Assembly: GCA_046290495.1 (NCBI GenBank)
Contig: JBKAGT010000005.1
Coordinates: forward strand, 257,550-321,549
Direction: 5' to 3'
DNA: 64,000 nt
DNA from: Chlorobiota bacterium
GTDB taxonomy: Bacteria > Bacteroidota > Ignavibacteria > Kapaibacteriales > UBA2268
Of the stretch, positions 1 through 10,038 are shown one piece after another (position 1 is the stretch's first letter; each line of letters begins with the position of its first letter). The translations under genes were made by a program, and so were the position numbers. A model generated the notes under the pieces. That model was not told the origin of the DNA. It searched no databases and saw only the letters and a list, made by a program, of their open reading frames with translations.

Positions 1-1904
1 CATTTGCAGACAAGCGCAACTCTATTATTTACAAGCAGATTGACAAAATATCTAGTAAAATCAATCTAGATATGAAAATGCCAATATCGGAAATCATCTC
101 TGAAATATTAGATTTAGTTTTTCATGGTACTGATGATTTGGAAATTGACTCTGAATATAGCTTTGGAGATGATAAGATTAGCTATAAACACTCATTTTCT
201 GGGCTGATTCCAATTTTAGAACACCAATACGAAACAGCAAATCCACCCAAAAAAAAGAGAATGCAAAAATACATGACTCAAAATGTATGTAGCTCTTGCG
301 GAGGTGGTAGATTGAAGCAAAGAAGTTTATTTGTTAGAATTAATGAGAAGAATATCTATGAAGTTAGTTCTATGAATATAACTGATGCCAAAGAGTTTAT
401 TAAAAGCATTCCAAAATCTATTGAAAAAAGAAAATTAACACTAGCAAAAGTCATAATTTCCCAGATTATTGATAGACTTGAATTTCTTGAAGAGGTTGGT
501 TTAAATTATTTAACTTTATCAAGAAGCTCTAAGTCATTGTCTGGTGGTGAGTCACAACGAATTAGATTAGCATCTCAGATAGGTTCAAGATTAGTTGGCA
601 TAATGTATGTATTGGATGAGCCTTCTATAGGTTTACATCAGCACGATAATAATAAACTAATTGAATCTCTTAAAAAATTACGTGATTTAGGTAATACTTT
701 AATTGTTGTTGAACATGACAAACAAATGATAGTAGAGTCTGATTACTTGATAGATATTGGTCCTGGAGCTGGGGTGAAAGGTGGCGAAATATTAGTAAGT
801 GATAAGCCAAAAGATGCGGTTAAGAAAAAGAATAAAGATTCTCATACTATCAAATATCTAAATAATACAGATTACCTAACTCAAAAGTTCGAAAGAAGAA
901 AAGGTAGTGGAAGAAACTTAGAATTAATAGGTGCTGAGGGTAATAATCTTAAAAATATTGATTTAAAGTTACCTCTTGGTAAATTTGTTACAATTACAGG
1001 CATGAGTGGCTCTGGTAAATCATCTTTGATTAATGATACTTTAGTTCCAATTTTAAAACGTAAATTCACAGTTTCAAAAGCTAAACCACTGAAATACAGA
1101 GAGATTAAAGGAGTAGAACACATTGATAAATTGATTGAAATTGATCAGACTCCTATTGGTAAAACTCCTAGAAGTAATCCAGCAACTTATACAGGTTTGT
1201 TTACTTTAATTCGAGACTTTTATGCTCAATTACCTGAAGCGAAAATAAGAGGGTATAATACAGGAAGGTTCTCATTCAATGTTCAAGGTGGTAGATGCGA
1301 AGAATGTCAAGGTGCTGGAATGAAAAAAATCGAAATGAATTTTCTTCCTGATGTATATGTACAGTGCGATGTTTGTAATGGTAAGCGTTACAATCAAGAA
1401 ACATTACAAGTTAAATATAAAGGTAAGTCTATTGCTGATGTTTTGTCTATGCCTATTTCTGAATCGCTCGAATACTTTGATAAGATTCCTAAGATTAAAA
1501 GAAAATTGAAAATACTAAATGATGTTGGTCTAGGTTATTTAACATTAGGTCAGCAATCCCCTACTCTATCAGGTGGTGAAGCTCAGAGAATAAAATTATC
1601 AACTGAATTATCTAAGCGTAGCACTGGTAAAACTTTGTTTCTATTAGATGAACCAACTACAGGCTTACATTTCGAAGACATTAATCTTTTATTAAAGCTT
1701 TTAAATAAGCTAACAGATAAAGGAAATACTGTTGTAGTAATAGAACATAATCTTGATGTAATCCAATCATCTGACTGGATTATTGATATGGGACCTATGG
1801 GTGGTGATGAAGGTGGAGAAATTATTTTTGAAGGTACTCCTGAGAAAATAATTAAAGATAAAAATAGTCTTACAGGGAAATATTTAAAAGAAGAATTCAA
1901 ATAA
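1..1904 (+). CDS. uvrA: Excinuclease ABC subunit A (UvrA), 3' portion. The reading frame is open from the window edge (frame of nt 3) through the stop at 1904.
   Basis: Two ABC signature motifs (LSGGESQRIRLASQIG and LSGGEAQRIKLSTEL). Walker B-like motifs (VLDEPSIGLH, LLDEPTTGLH). A Zn-finger-like CxxC pair (CEECQG...CDVCNG). There is no stop codon between nt 3 and the annotated ATG at 72, so the gene is truncated by the window edge. Confidence 0.9.
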   Translation, partial: FADKRNSIIYKQIDKISSKINLDMKMPISEIISEILDLVFHGTDDLEIDSEYSFGDDKISYKHSFSGLIPILEHQYETANPPKKKRMQKYMTQNVCSSCGGGRLKQRSLFVRINEKNIYEVSSMNITDAKEFIKSIPKSIEKRKLTLAKVIISQIIDRLEFLEEVGLNYLTLSRSSKSLSGGESQRIRLASQIGSRLVGIMYVLDEPSIGLHQHDNNKLIESLKKLRDLGNTLIVVEHDKQMIVESDYLIDIGPGAGVKGGEILVSDKPKDAVKKKNKDSHTIKYLNNTDYLTQKFERRKGSGRNLELIGAEGNNLKNIDLKLPLGKFVTITGMSGSGKSSLINDTLVPILKRKFTVSKAKPLKYREIKGVEHIDKLIEIDQTPIGKTPRSNPATYTGLFTLIRDFYAQLPEAKIRGYNTGRFSFNVQGGRCEECQGAGMKKIEMNFLPDVYVQCDVCNGKRYNQETLQVKYKGKSIADVLSMPISESLEYFDKIPKIKRKLKILNDVGLGYLTLGQQSPTLSGGEAQRIKLSTELSKRSTGKTLFLLDEPTTGLHFEDINLLLKLLNKLTDKGNTVVVIEHNLDVIQSSDWIIDMGPMGGDEGGEIIFEGTPEKIIKDKNSLTGKYLKEEFK

Positions 1905-1942
1905 GAATTTATAACAATTTATAAATCTTCATTAAGAATAAT

Positions 1943-1950
1943 TATATTTG
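1943..1950 (+). promoter_or_regulatory. Candidate Bacteroidetes-type -7 promoter element (TATATTTG) upstream of etfB
   Basis: Matches TAnnTTTG about 39 nt upstream of the etfB ATG. Motif match only. Confidence 0.25.
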
Positions 1951-1988
1951 TAATCTATATAAAATTTAAAATCTAAAAAGGAAGTTAT

Positions 1989-2738
1989 ATGAATATTTTA
2001 GTATGTGTATCAAGAGTTCCAGATACAGCTGCGAAGATAAAAGTATCTTCAGACAACAAATCTTTGGACACAGCTGGTGTTAAGTTTATACTTAATCCTT
2101 ATGACGAATATGCACTTGAAGAAGCAATACAATTAAAAGAAAAAAATGGTGGTGAGTTAACAGTAGTAACTGTAGCTGATGATTCTGCTACTGATATTTT
2201 AAGAACTGCTCTTGCTATGGGAGCTGACAAAGCAATTCATATCAAAGCAAATCAACTAGAAAAAGATTCGTTTTTTGTTGCAAAAAACATATCAAATGTA
2301 GCAAAAGAGCTAAATCCTGACATAATATTCTTAGGTAAACAAAGTATAGATTTTGACTCATTCCAAATGAGTGCAATGCTTGGTGGTTTATTAGATTTAC
2401 CTTCTGTTGATGTTGTTTCACAAATAGAATATTCAGAAGGATCTATCAAAGGCGAAAAAGATATAGAAGGTGGAAAAGTTAGCTTTGAGTCTTCCCTACC
2501 TGCAGTAGTAAGTGTTCAAAAAGGTATTAAAGAACCTCGCTATCCTAAACTTCCTCAAATTATGAAAGCTAAGAAAAAACCAATTGAAGATAGAGACGCT
2601 GAAGAAACTGCTCTAAGAACTGAATTAATAGAGATGGCTATTCCAGAGAAAAATAGAGCTGGTAAAATATTATCGGATAGTGATGCAGATATCAATGAAC
2701 TAGTAAGATTGTTACACGAAGAAGCAAAAGTTATATAA
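1989..2738 (+). CDS. etfB: Electron transfer flavoprotein beta subunit
   Basis: The N-terminus MNILVCVSRVPDTAAKIKV and overall pattern are typical of EtfB. The gene lies immediately upstream of an EtfA-like gene. Confidence 0.85.
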   Translation: MNILVCVSRVPDTAAKIKVSSDNKSLDTAGVKFILNPYDEYALEEAIQLKEKNGGELTVVTVADDSATDILRTALAMGADKAIHIKANQLEKDSFFVAKNISNVAKELNPDIIFLGKQSIDFDSFQMSAMLGGLLDLPSVDVVSQIEYSEGSIKGEKDIEGGKVSFESSLPAVVSVQKGIKEPRYPKLPQIMKAKKKPIEDRDAEETALRTELIEMAIPEKNRAGKILSDSDADINELVRLLHEEAKVI

Positions 2739-2747
2739 GGAGATAAA

Positions 2748-3698
2748 ATGAAAGTATTAGTATTTATAGAAGAGCATGGCGGAAAATTAAAAAGAAGTTC
2801 AAACGAAGCTATTACTGCTGCTAATTTGTTAACTTCTTCGGAAAATATAACTGCAATTGGCTTAAATGGTGATGAAAACACATTAAAAACTGCTGGAAAA
2901 TATGGTGCTGGCAATGTAGTTAATCTTAAAAATGATTCATTGAAAGGTGAAGCTCCTGCACTAGCAAAAGCAATTTCTGAATATTCTAAAAACAATTCTT
3001 ATGATACAGTGTTATTCTCAGCAGATTCAATAGGTAAAGAAGTTGCTCCTAGAGTTTCTGTTCAATTAGAAGCAGGATATATTTCTGACTGTACAGGAAT
3101 CGAAGCAAATGGTGATTCAATTGTAGCAACAAAACCTGTTTATGCTGGTAAAGCTCAAGTTAAAAGTAAGATAAATACAGCAAATAAAGTTCTTTCACTT
3201 AGACCGAACGTCTTTACTGCTAAAGAATTAAATGAAACAGATGCACAAGTTGAGACAATTAATGCAGACAGCTCTGCAAATAATGTTAAATACACTAATA
3301 TTGCTAAAAATGAAGGCAAGTTGGATGTAGCTGAAGCTGATATTGTAGTTTCAGGTGGTCGTGGTCTTAAAGAACCAGAGAATTTCAATTTAGTAGAAAA
3401 TTTAGCTGAAGCACTTGGTGGCGCAGTTGGAGCTTCAAGAGCTGTAGTTGATGCTGGATGGAGACCACACAGTGAACAAGTTGGTCAAACAGGAAAAACA
3501 GTTTCACCTAGCTTATATGTAGCATGTGCTATCTCTGGTGCAGTTCAACACCTAGCTGGTATGTCAAGCTCAAAAATTATAGTAGCTATAAACAAAGATA
3601 GTGAAGCACCAATATTCAAAGTTACAGACTATGGTATTGTTGGTGATGTATTCGAAGTATTACCAAAACTAACTGATAAAATTAAGGCACACGGTTAA
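2748..3698 (+). CDS. etfA: Electron transfer flavoprotein alpha subunit
   Basis: A C-terminal FAD-binding region (SGGRGLKEPENF...GASRAVVDAGW...GQTGKTVSPSLYVACAISGAVQHLAGM) is characteristic of EtfA. Confidence 0.85.
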   Translation: MKVLVFIEEHGGKLKRSSNEAITAANLLTSSENITAIGLNGDENTLKTAGKYGAGNVVNLKNDSLKGEAPALAKAISEYSKNNSYDTVLFSADSIGKEVAPRVSVQLEAGYISDCTGIEANGDSIVATKPVYAGKAQVKSKINTANKVLSLRPNVFTAKELNETDAQVETINADSSANNVKYTNIAKNEGKLDVAEADIVVSGGRGLKEPENFNLVENLAEALGGAVGASRAVVDAGWRPHSEQVGQTGKTVSPSLYVACAISGAVQHLAGMSSSKIIVAINKDSEAPIFKVTDYGIVGDVFEVLPKLTDKIKAHG

Positions 3699-4279
3699 TG
3701 GATAAGATTGAATTAACAGTTTTAGGTATTTCAGCAAGCACTGCAAGTAACAATGCTTTTGCACTTATTTTGAAGGAGTCGGATGGCGACAAACGACTCC
3801 CAATTATTATCGGTGCATTTGAAGCACAGGCTATAGCACTTGAAATAGAGGGAATTGTTACACCTAGACCTATGACTCATGATTTAATTAAAAAAATAAT
3901 TGACGAATTAGATGATGAAATTTCTCAAGTATATATAAATGATTTACAAGACGGTACATTCTTTTCTAAATTAATACTCAAAAATTCAGGTATTGAAATT
4001 GACTCTAGACCTTCTGATGCTATTGCTTTGGCAGTTAGGTTCAATTGTCCTATTTACATTGATTCATATATTATGGATAACAATGCAGTAGAATCAATAG
4101 ATGATTTTGAAGAAGAAAATGAAACTGATAGTTCTGTAAAAGCTAAAAAATCAGAATTTACTGGTAAATCAAAGATAGAACAACTCCAAGTCAGCTTAGA
4201 AAAAGCGATTGAAGAAGAAAATTACGAAAAAGCTGCAAATTTGAGGGATGAAATTAAAAAAATACTTGAAAGTTCTTAA
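3698..4279 (+). CDS. Bifunctional nuclease (DUF151/BFN) domain protein with a C-terminal UVR (UvrB/UvrC-like) motif
   Basis: A BFN-like N-terminal domain (IIIGAFEAQAIALEIEGIVTPRPMTHDL...SRPSDAIALAVRF) and a C-terminal UVR-type helix (LEKAIEEENYEKAANLRDEIKKI). The start codon overlaps the etfA stop. Confidence 0.6.
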   Translation: MDKIELTVLGISASTASNNAFALILKESDGDKRLPIIIGAFEAQAIALEIEGIVTPRPMTHDLIKKIIDELDDEISQVYINDLQDGTFFSKLILKNSGIEIDSRPSDAIALAVRFNCPIYIDSYIMDNNAVESIDDFEEENETDSSVKAKKSEFTGKSKIEQLQVSLEKAIEEENYEKAANLRDEIKKILESS

Positions 4280-4309
4280 AATTTTCTTATTTTTGCATTC
4301 GAAATTTTT

Positions 4310-4383
4310 GCCGGAGTAGCTCAGCTGGTTAGAGCACTGGAATCATAATCCAGGTGTCGGGAGTTCAAGTCTCTCCTCCGGTA
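4310..4383 (+). tRNA. tRNA with a CAT anticodon (Met, or Ile2 if lysidine-modified)
   Basis: Cloverleaf read by eye as GCCGGAG/TAGCTCAGCTGGTTAGAGCA/CTGGA-ATCATAA-TCCAG/GTGTC/GGGAG-TTCAAGT-CTCTC/CTCCGGT+A. The 7-nt loop carries CAT at positions 34-36. Confidence 0.8.
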
Positions 4384-4386
4384 CTT

Positions 4387-4427
4387 AAAAGAGGTCTTAA
4401 CATTTATTTGTAAAGACCTCTTTTTTT
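4387..4427. terminator. Rho-independent terminator, usable in both directions
   Basis: A perfect 10-bp stem (AAGAGGTCTT ... AAGACCTCTT) with a T-run on the + side and an A-run on the other. It sits between the tRNA (+) and the convergent minus-strand gene ending at 4426. Confidence 0.7.
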
Positions 4428-6273
4428 ATTTAATTAATTCAATAACTGTATCAATTAAATTCTCAAGCGATTCTTCGGAATTATATCCTCTAACAGTATA
4501 TCTAAGCTTATTGTTTGCATCTACTATTAAGATTGTAGGAAATCCAAATAAATCAAACTTACGTGGAATTACATCTGTGTTGTCTAAATAGTATTTATAA
4601 CCAATGTCATTTTCATTAATTATCTTGACTAGTTGATTCTCTTCGTCTTCATCACCCCATACTGAGATTCCAATAAGTTCTAAATTGTTATATTTATTAC
4701 TTATTTTATTTAGTGTAGGGAAAGTCTCTTCACAAACGTCACACCAAGTAGAGGTTATTGATATTATATGAATTTGATTACTTAAATCACTCAGGTCATT
4801 ATACTTTCCATTCAGAGACTTGACAATACCAGAAATTGGTTTTGTAACTAAATCTTTCTTAATCTGTATTCTCAGTTTTTCTTGTTTCTCTTTCAATAGT
4901 TGATTGACATATTCTATATTTATATCATTATAATTATTAATTGTTTTTAAAATTATTTCTTCCAAATCAGAATCAACTACATCATTATAATATGCTTGTT
5001 TTAGTATTTCTTTAGTGTTTGCTGTTGAACCATACTTTGACGACAAAACTATTGCTTCTTTATATAACCTTGAGTTCATCTGGTAAGGTGCTTTATTTAT
5101 TGCCTCATAAACACTTTGATAAGCACTAGCGCTATCATTTTTAAGTAAATCAAGTCTATAACTAATGAGAAATAAATCTGATCTAATTTTTTCTTTATAA
5201 TCTTCAAATTCAATTAATGATAAATCTTTAGGTTTAATGCTATCTAAGTCATTAACTAAGCCAAAAGCATTTTTTAAGTTTAACTCTAAATCTGTTAAAT
5301 ATTTTTTATTACCTAATTCTGATTTCAATTCACTATTGTTTAACATTCCTATTGCTAGATATTTAAATAATATTGCAGTCTTTATATCTAATTTTTTTAG
5401 ATTCTCGTCGATATCTTCATAGTAGTCTTTCGATTGTGTATGAGCATAAGCAAATGACTTTTGGACTAACTCTATTTTATCTAATTCTTTATACTTATTT
5501 AAATACTTTATGCTCTCTTCGATAAATTCATCGTAATCATCCGCGTTAGATATTTCATCTAGTTCATATTCTCTTTGAAGTTCACTGTCCTTAACGTTTT
5601 CGATAAACTGTTCTTCTAAATCAATTGCTCTTTTAGCTTCATCTATAGAGTTTAAGGCGGTTATTACACTTCTGACAGTCAATTCATCATTAATATTTAA
5701 TTTTGTATTTAAAATATTTTCAATATTATTCTTGTACTCATTAAAATCAATTAATTTGAAGTCTAATTTAAATGTTTCGTATGCAATATTTGCTCTTACG
5801 TTATCAGGATAATTCTCAAGTTCGGCTACAAGAGCAGAATTAATTTTATTGAAATTAGGTTTCCTTGAATAATTTGAACTACCTGCACCCAAGTAAGTGA
5901 TTGCTTCATTCAATTTTGAATTTCTCTTTTGTCCTTTATTATTGTAAATGTTGAGCTGCCAGTAATCACCATTGTTGTTAAACACATTACCTTCTGAATC
6001 AATTAATTTAAATAATATAAAATTATCATCTGTTTCAACATTGATATTAGTTGTTTCTGATTGAATGAGTATAGATTCAGCTAGTGGTTTGTCAGAAGAA
6101 TCCTTAAATCGATATGATATCAAATAGAAATCACCATTAACCTCATCAGTCATATCTATTTCTATTTTTATTGTTTCTTGGACTTTAGGAGATTCATTAC
6201 TAAACTTTATATCCAATGAAAACAAATCAGATTGTACTAATATAAATATTGCTAAAAAATAAATTACTTTCAT
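4426..6273 (-). CDS. Secreted TlpA/redoxin-family thiol:disulfide oxidoreductase with a long N-terminal domain of unknown function
   Basis: An N-terminal signal peptide (MKVIYFLAIFILVQSDLFS). A C-terminal thioredoxin-fold segment carries a WCDVC (CxxC) motif (ISITSTWCDVCEETFPTLNK...FPTILIVD). Roughly 450 residues precede the Trx fold. Confidence 0.6.
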   Translation of the reverse strand: MKVIYFLAIFILVQSDLFSLDIKFSNESPKVQETIKIEIDMTDEVNGDFYLISYRFKDSSDKPLAESILIQSETTNINVETDDNFILFKLIDSEGNVFNNNGDYWQLNIYNNKGQKRNSKLNEAITYLGAGSSNYSRKPNFNKINSALVAELENYPDNVRANIAYETFKLDFKLIDFNEYKNNIENILNTKLNINDELTVRSVITALNSIDEAKRAIDLEEQFIENVKDSELQREYELDEISNADDYDEFIEESIKYLNKYKELDKIELVQKSFAYAHTQSKDYYEDIDENLKKLDIKTAILFKYLAIGMLNNSELKSELGNKKYLTDLELNLKNAFGLVNDLDSIKPKDLSLIEFEDYKEKIRSDLFLISYRLDLLKNDSASAYQSVYEAINKAPYQMNSRLYKEAIVLSSKYGSTANTKEILKQAYYNDVVDSDLEEIILKTINNYNDINIEYVNQLLKEKQEKLRIQIKKDLVTKPISGIVKSLNGKYNDLSDLSNQIHIISITSTWCDVCEETFPTLNKISNKYNNLELIGISVWGDEDEENQLVKIINENDIGYKYYLDNTDVIPRKFDLFGFPTILIVDANNKLRYTVRGYNSEESLENLIDTVIELIK

Positions 6274-6276
6274 GTT

Positions 6277-7089
6277 TTATAACCTTATAAGTTTTGATAT
6301 TCCATTCTTTAAATATTCAAAAGCTTCATCTATATCGTCAATGATTTTAAATAAATCAAGATCAGCTTCACTTATCATTCCAATTTCGACTAAAAAGTCA
6401 AAATCTAACAACCTGTTCCAATAATCACTTCCAAATAGCACAATTGGAATTTTCTTACTAATAACGTTAGTCTGTTCTAAAGTAAGCATTTCCATTAGTT
6501 CATCAAGTGTACCAAAACCACCAGGCATCACAACTATTGCTTTAGCGTGATAAACGAACCAAAATTTACGTGTAAAGAAATAGTGAAATTCGAAATTTAA
6601 TTCAGGTGTAATATATGGGTTAGGATATTGTTCAAATGGTAACTCTATATTGAATCCAATATTTTGAAAATCAGCTTCATAAGCACCTTTATTTGCAGCT
6701 TCCATCATACCAGGTCCTCCACCAGTGCAAACATATAGTTTTTTATCTGTAGGAAGAGTTTTGGACCAATTCGAAAATTTTTTTGCCAACTCGACAGAGT
6801 CATCATAATATTTAGAAGTAAACTTTAATCTTTTCAAAATTTGTAAGTCTCTAGAAACATCAATTCCTTCAGATTGTTTTTTTTCTAATTCAGTATATCT
6901 TTTTTTATAATCTTCAGTAGAAATACTTCGAGCAGAACCAAAAAATACTACAGTATTATAAATCCTATTTTTTTTTAGTACAGCTTGTGGGTGGAAGTAT
7001 TCAGATAGTATGCGAAGAGTTCTCGCTTCTCTACCATTCATGAATTCTGAATTTTCGTATGCTTTTAAAATATTTTTATTTATTTCCAT
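6277..7089 (-). CDS. LOG-family (TIGR00730) nucleotide 5'-monophosphate nucleosidase / Rossmann-fold protein
   Basis: Motifs GGGPGMMEAANKGA and PGGFGTLDELME are diagnostic of the LOG / lysine-decarboxylase-like family. Confidence 0.75.
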   Translation of the reverse strand: MEINKNILKAYENSEFMNGREARTLRILSEYFHPQAVLKKNRIYNTVVFFGSARSISTEDYKKRYTELEKKQSEGIDVSRDLQILKRLKFTSKYYDDSVELAKKFSNWSKTLPTDKKLYVCTGGGPGMMEAANKGAYEADFQNIGFNIELPFEQYPNPYITPELNFEFHYFFTRKFWFVYHAKAIVVMPGGFGTLDELMEMLTLEQTNVISKKIPIVLFGSDYWNRLLDFDFLVEIGMISEADLDLFKIIDDIDEAFEYLKNGISKLIRL

Positions 7090-7092
7090 GTT

Positions 7093-7815
7093 TTATCTCT
7101 TATTATGATAGCCACCATCGACTATAATTGTTTGTCCAGTAATATAACTAGATGCAGTTGAAAAAAAATATACAGCATCATAAATATCTTTTACTTTCCC
7201 ATACCTAGCCATTGGAATTTTATCCAAAGAAATTAATGATGAATCTTCAGCAGGTTCTTCTGGTATTTTTATTGCTCCTGGACTAACGCAATTAACAGAA
7301 ATTTTTGGTGCCAATTCAACTGATAAGACTTTAGTCATATGAGCCAATGCTGATTTGGAAATATGATATGGTAATCTCCCCTTCCAAACTTCATAAGCAC
7401 CTAATGACGCTATATTGATAATACGGCTTCCGAGGTCACTTAGTTGCGCGAAGTATTGAGATGTGAAAAATTCACCTTTGGTATTTATAGCAAAAGTGTT
7501 GTCAATTACTTCTTCAGTGATATCTTCTATATTTCTTCGTTCTGGAAAAATTCCAGCATTGTTTACCAATACGTTAGGAGTACCCATATCATGGACTATG
7601 TTGTCAAACATGCTAATTACTTCAGATTTTATTGACACATCTGCTTTATAAATATTTGCCTTTACACCAAATGACTCACAATCTTGCTTAGTTTTCTTAG
7701 CCATTTTATAAGAATTGTTGTAATTTATGGCGACATTCCAACCATCTTGAGCGAAATGAATAGCCAACCCCCTACCAATTCTCCTTCCTGCACCTGTAAT
7801 AACTACTAAACTCAT
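7093..7815 (-). CDS. Short-chain dehydrogenase/reductase (SDR) family oxidoreductase
   Basis: N-terminal Rossmann motif TGAGRRIGRGLA. Motif NNAG. A catalytic Y-x3-K (YHISKSA). Sits 3 bp after the LOG gene on the same strand. Confidence 0.75.
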   Translation of the reverse strand: MSLVVITGAGRRIGRGLAIHFAQDGWNVAINYNNSYKMAKKTKQDCESFGVKANIYKADVSIKSEVISMFDNIVHDMGTPNVLVNNAGIFPERRNIEDITEEVIDNTFAINTKGEFFTSQYFAQLSDLGSRIINIASLGAYEVWKGRLPYHISKSALAHMTKVLSVELAPKISVNCVSPGAIKIPEEPAEDSSLISLDKIPMARYGKVKDIYDAVYFFSTASSYITGQTIIVDGGYHNKR

Positions 7816-7859
7816 ATTTCTCTAATTTTTTATTATTTTACAAATAAAACTATTTATAT

Positions 7860-9830
7860 ATGAAAATATTATATTTATTAATCATAATATCTATCGGATA
7901 TTCTCCAAACCTATTTGCTGAAAAATACAGAGTATTTTTTAAAGATAAGGGTAATCAAGTACTTGAATATAATAATGATCTGTATAATGACATTCTAAGT
8001 TCCTTAGATAATAAAGCTATAAAAAGAAGAAAAATTAACCTAGAAACTGATACTATATTATCTTATAAGGATATTCCAATATATCAAAATTATTTAGATA
8101 GTCTTCATAGTCTGAATATTGAATTAATATCAGAATTAACATGGTATAATTATATAATAGTAGAATCAGATAGTATTGAAATTCAAAAGCTATCTAATTT
8201 TAGCTTTGTAAAACACTTCCAAAAAGTAATAAAAAACTATCAAGACACCCCCTCACAATTGAACTTCAATAATTGTGGTGAATTCAACTATAACTTATCA
8301 GAAAATCATATTAAAATGCTTAATGTAGATAAGCTACATAATTATGGAATAACTGGCCAAGGTGTAAGGGTTGGTTTTTTGGACACTGGATTTGATTGGT
8401 TAAATCATAAATCAATCAGAAATAGTAACGTAGTTAAAACTTATGACTTTATATTTAGAGATTCAATAGTCTATAATGAGAGCGAAGATGTTGCTAATCA
8501 GTTTCATCATGGCACAGTGGTTATGTCATCAGTAGCTGCTTACGACAAAGACTTTTATGTAGGAGTTGCTCCTAGTGTAGACATCTATTTAGCAAAGACA
8601 GAAGATTTGAGATCAGAAACTTATTATGAGTTAGATTTATTTGCAGAAGCAATAATTTGGATGGAGAACAACGGAGTCGACATTATTAACGCATCACTTG
8701 GGTATAAAAGTTTAGATACTTTTTCTATTCCTTACGATAATTTAGATGGTAATACCACAATTGCAACTAAAGCAATTAATGATGCTTCGGAATTAGGTAT
8801 GATTTGTGTGATTGCAAATGGGAACAATGGAGACAGACCAGGTACACTAAATGCTCCAGCTGATGCCGATAGTTCTGTAGCTGTAGGTGCTGTATCACCT
8901 AATGGTGAAGATTTAGTAGGCTTTAGTTCAAACGGCCCAAATTCTAATGGTGTTATAAAACCAAACTTAGTTGCTCAAGGATCAAGCATATTTGCAGCTT
9001 CTGTAATTAATGATAGCTCATATAATCTAACTGCAGGAACTTCTCTTTCTTCACCACTAATTGCTGGTAGCTTTGCTTTACTTAAATCTGTACACCCTTA
9101 CAAGAAATCATCTACATTGAAATCATGGATGTATAAATCTGCTAATAATTATAATAGTCCTAATAATAGATTTGGTTATGGTCTACCTGATGTCTTTAAG
9201 TCTACTCAAATTGAAAATATTGTTATAACAACACCAAGTGTTATTAATGGAAATCTTTTTACTAGGTTATTCTTCTATATTTTTCCTGATAATAATTTAA
9301 TTAATTACTCAATAGATGTAATGACTAACGAGGAAAGCATAATGACATATCCTCTTATTAAATCTAAATTCGATAACCAATACTTCGTTGATATACCAAA
9401 TATGAAATTCTTTAATAATAAATTAGAAATTAGGGTTAATGCAAACACATTAGAAAAGAGTTACTGGTTCCCAAGCAATCATTCATTTTATACTATTTCA
9501 AATGAATATGATATGATTAATTGTGGAATAGATGTTAATAGCCTAGAATTAAATGATGACAATAATTTTGAAAAAGAGTATTTCATCTATCCAAATATTA
9601 TTAATTCATCATTTCAATTTGATGTAAATATTACACTTTTAGACTATGAAGAAATTGAAATTGAAGTATATGACATAAACGGGGAAAAAATGTTTAAAAC
9701 TAATACTAGTTTTGGTCCTGGCTATTTCAAAGAATCAATTACTCTTAATGACATATTTTCAGGGACTTATTTTGTGATGATAAAAACTGGGTCAAGAATA
9801 TATAGAGAAAAAGTAATATTTTTAAAATAA
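7860..9830 (+). CDS. S8-family (subtilisin-like) serine peptidase with a T9SS C-terminal sorting domain
   Basis: Signal peptide. Asp region VGFLDTGFD, His region HGTVVMSSVAA and Ser region GTSLSSPLIAGSFALL. The C-terminal ~80 aa is T9SS-CTD-like, ending GTYFVMIKTGSRIYREKVIFLK. Confidence 0.8.
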   Translation: MKILYLLIIISIGYSPNLFAEKYRVFFKDKGNQVLEYNNDLYNDILSSLDNKAIKRRKINLETDTILSYKDIPIYQNYLDSLHSLNIELISELTWYNYIIVESDSIEIQKLSNFSFVKHFQKVIKNYQDTPSQLNFNNCGEFNYNLSENHIKMLNVDKLHNYGITGQGVRVGFLDTGFDWLNHKSIRNSNVVKTYDFIFRDSIVYNESEDVANQFHHGTVVMSSVAAYDKDFYVGVAPSVDIYLAKTEDLRSETYYELDLFAEAIIWMENNGVDIINASLGYKSLDTFSIPYDNLDGNTTIATKAINDASELGMICVIANGNNGDRPGTLNAPADADSSVAVGAVSPNGEDLVGFSSNGPNSNGVIKPNLVAQGSSIFAASVINDSSYNLTAGTSLSSPLIAGSFALLKSVHPYKKSSTLKSWMYKSANNYNSPNNRFGYGLPDVFKSTQIENIVITTPSVINGNLFTRLFFYIFPDNNLINYSIDVMTNEESIMTYPLIKSKFDNQYFVDIPNMKFFNNKLEIRVNANTLEKSYWFPSNHSFYTISNEYDMINCGIDVNSLELNDDNNFEKEYFIYPNIINSSFQFDVNITLLDYEEIEIEVYDINGEKMFKTNTSFGPGYFKESITLNDIFSGTYFVMIKTGSRIYREKVIFLK

Positions 9831-9906
9831 TAATGCAATTTTGTTTTGTAGTTTCAAATCTAAGTGCTATGTTTGTACTCAATTCTACAACGGAATTATA
9901 AAAAAA

Positions 9907-9983
9907 GGGATCGTAGTTCAGTTGGTTAGAATGCCAGTCTGTCACACTGGAGGTCGCGAGTTCGAATCTCGTCGGTCCCGCCA
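9907..9983 (+). tRNA. tRNA-Asp (GTC), CCA encoded
   Basis: GGGATCG/TAGTTCAGTTGGTTAGAAT/GCCAG?-loop CTGTCAC (anticodon GTC)/.../GTCGC-GAGTTCGAATCTC/CGGTCCC+G+CCA. Confidence 0.85.
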
Positions 9984-10015
9984 AGCTCCACATAAATATG
10001 TGGAGCTTTTTTTTT
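9984..10015 (+). terminator. Rho-independent terminator after tRNA-Asp
   Basis: AGCTCCACA-taaata-TGTGGAGCT followed by T8. Confidence 0.7.
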
Positions 10016-10038
10016 ACATAAAATATTATATATGTATT

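Noticed and set aside
2555-2995. 146-aa minus-strand ORF spanning the etfB/etfA junction
   Set aside because: Antisense to two well-supported genes, so it is a spurious ORF.
9745-9993. 82-aa minus-strand ORF (MWSLAGPTRFELATS...)
   Set aside because: It is the antisense translation of the tRNA-Asp gene and the 3' end of the S8 peptidase gene. The 'GPTRFELAT' stretch is the signature of an ORF reading through a tRNA.
9841-10038. N-terminal extension of the decarboxylase ORF (MFCSFKSKCYV...)
   Set aside because: It overlaps tRNA-Asp and its terminator on the same strand. The in-frame ATG at 10039 (MNLDKLF...) is the credible start.
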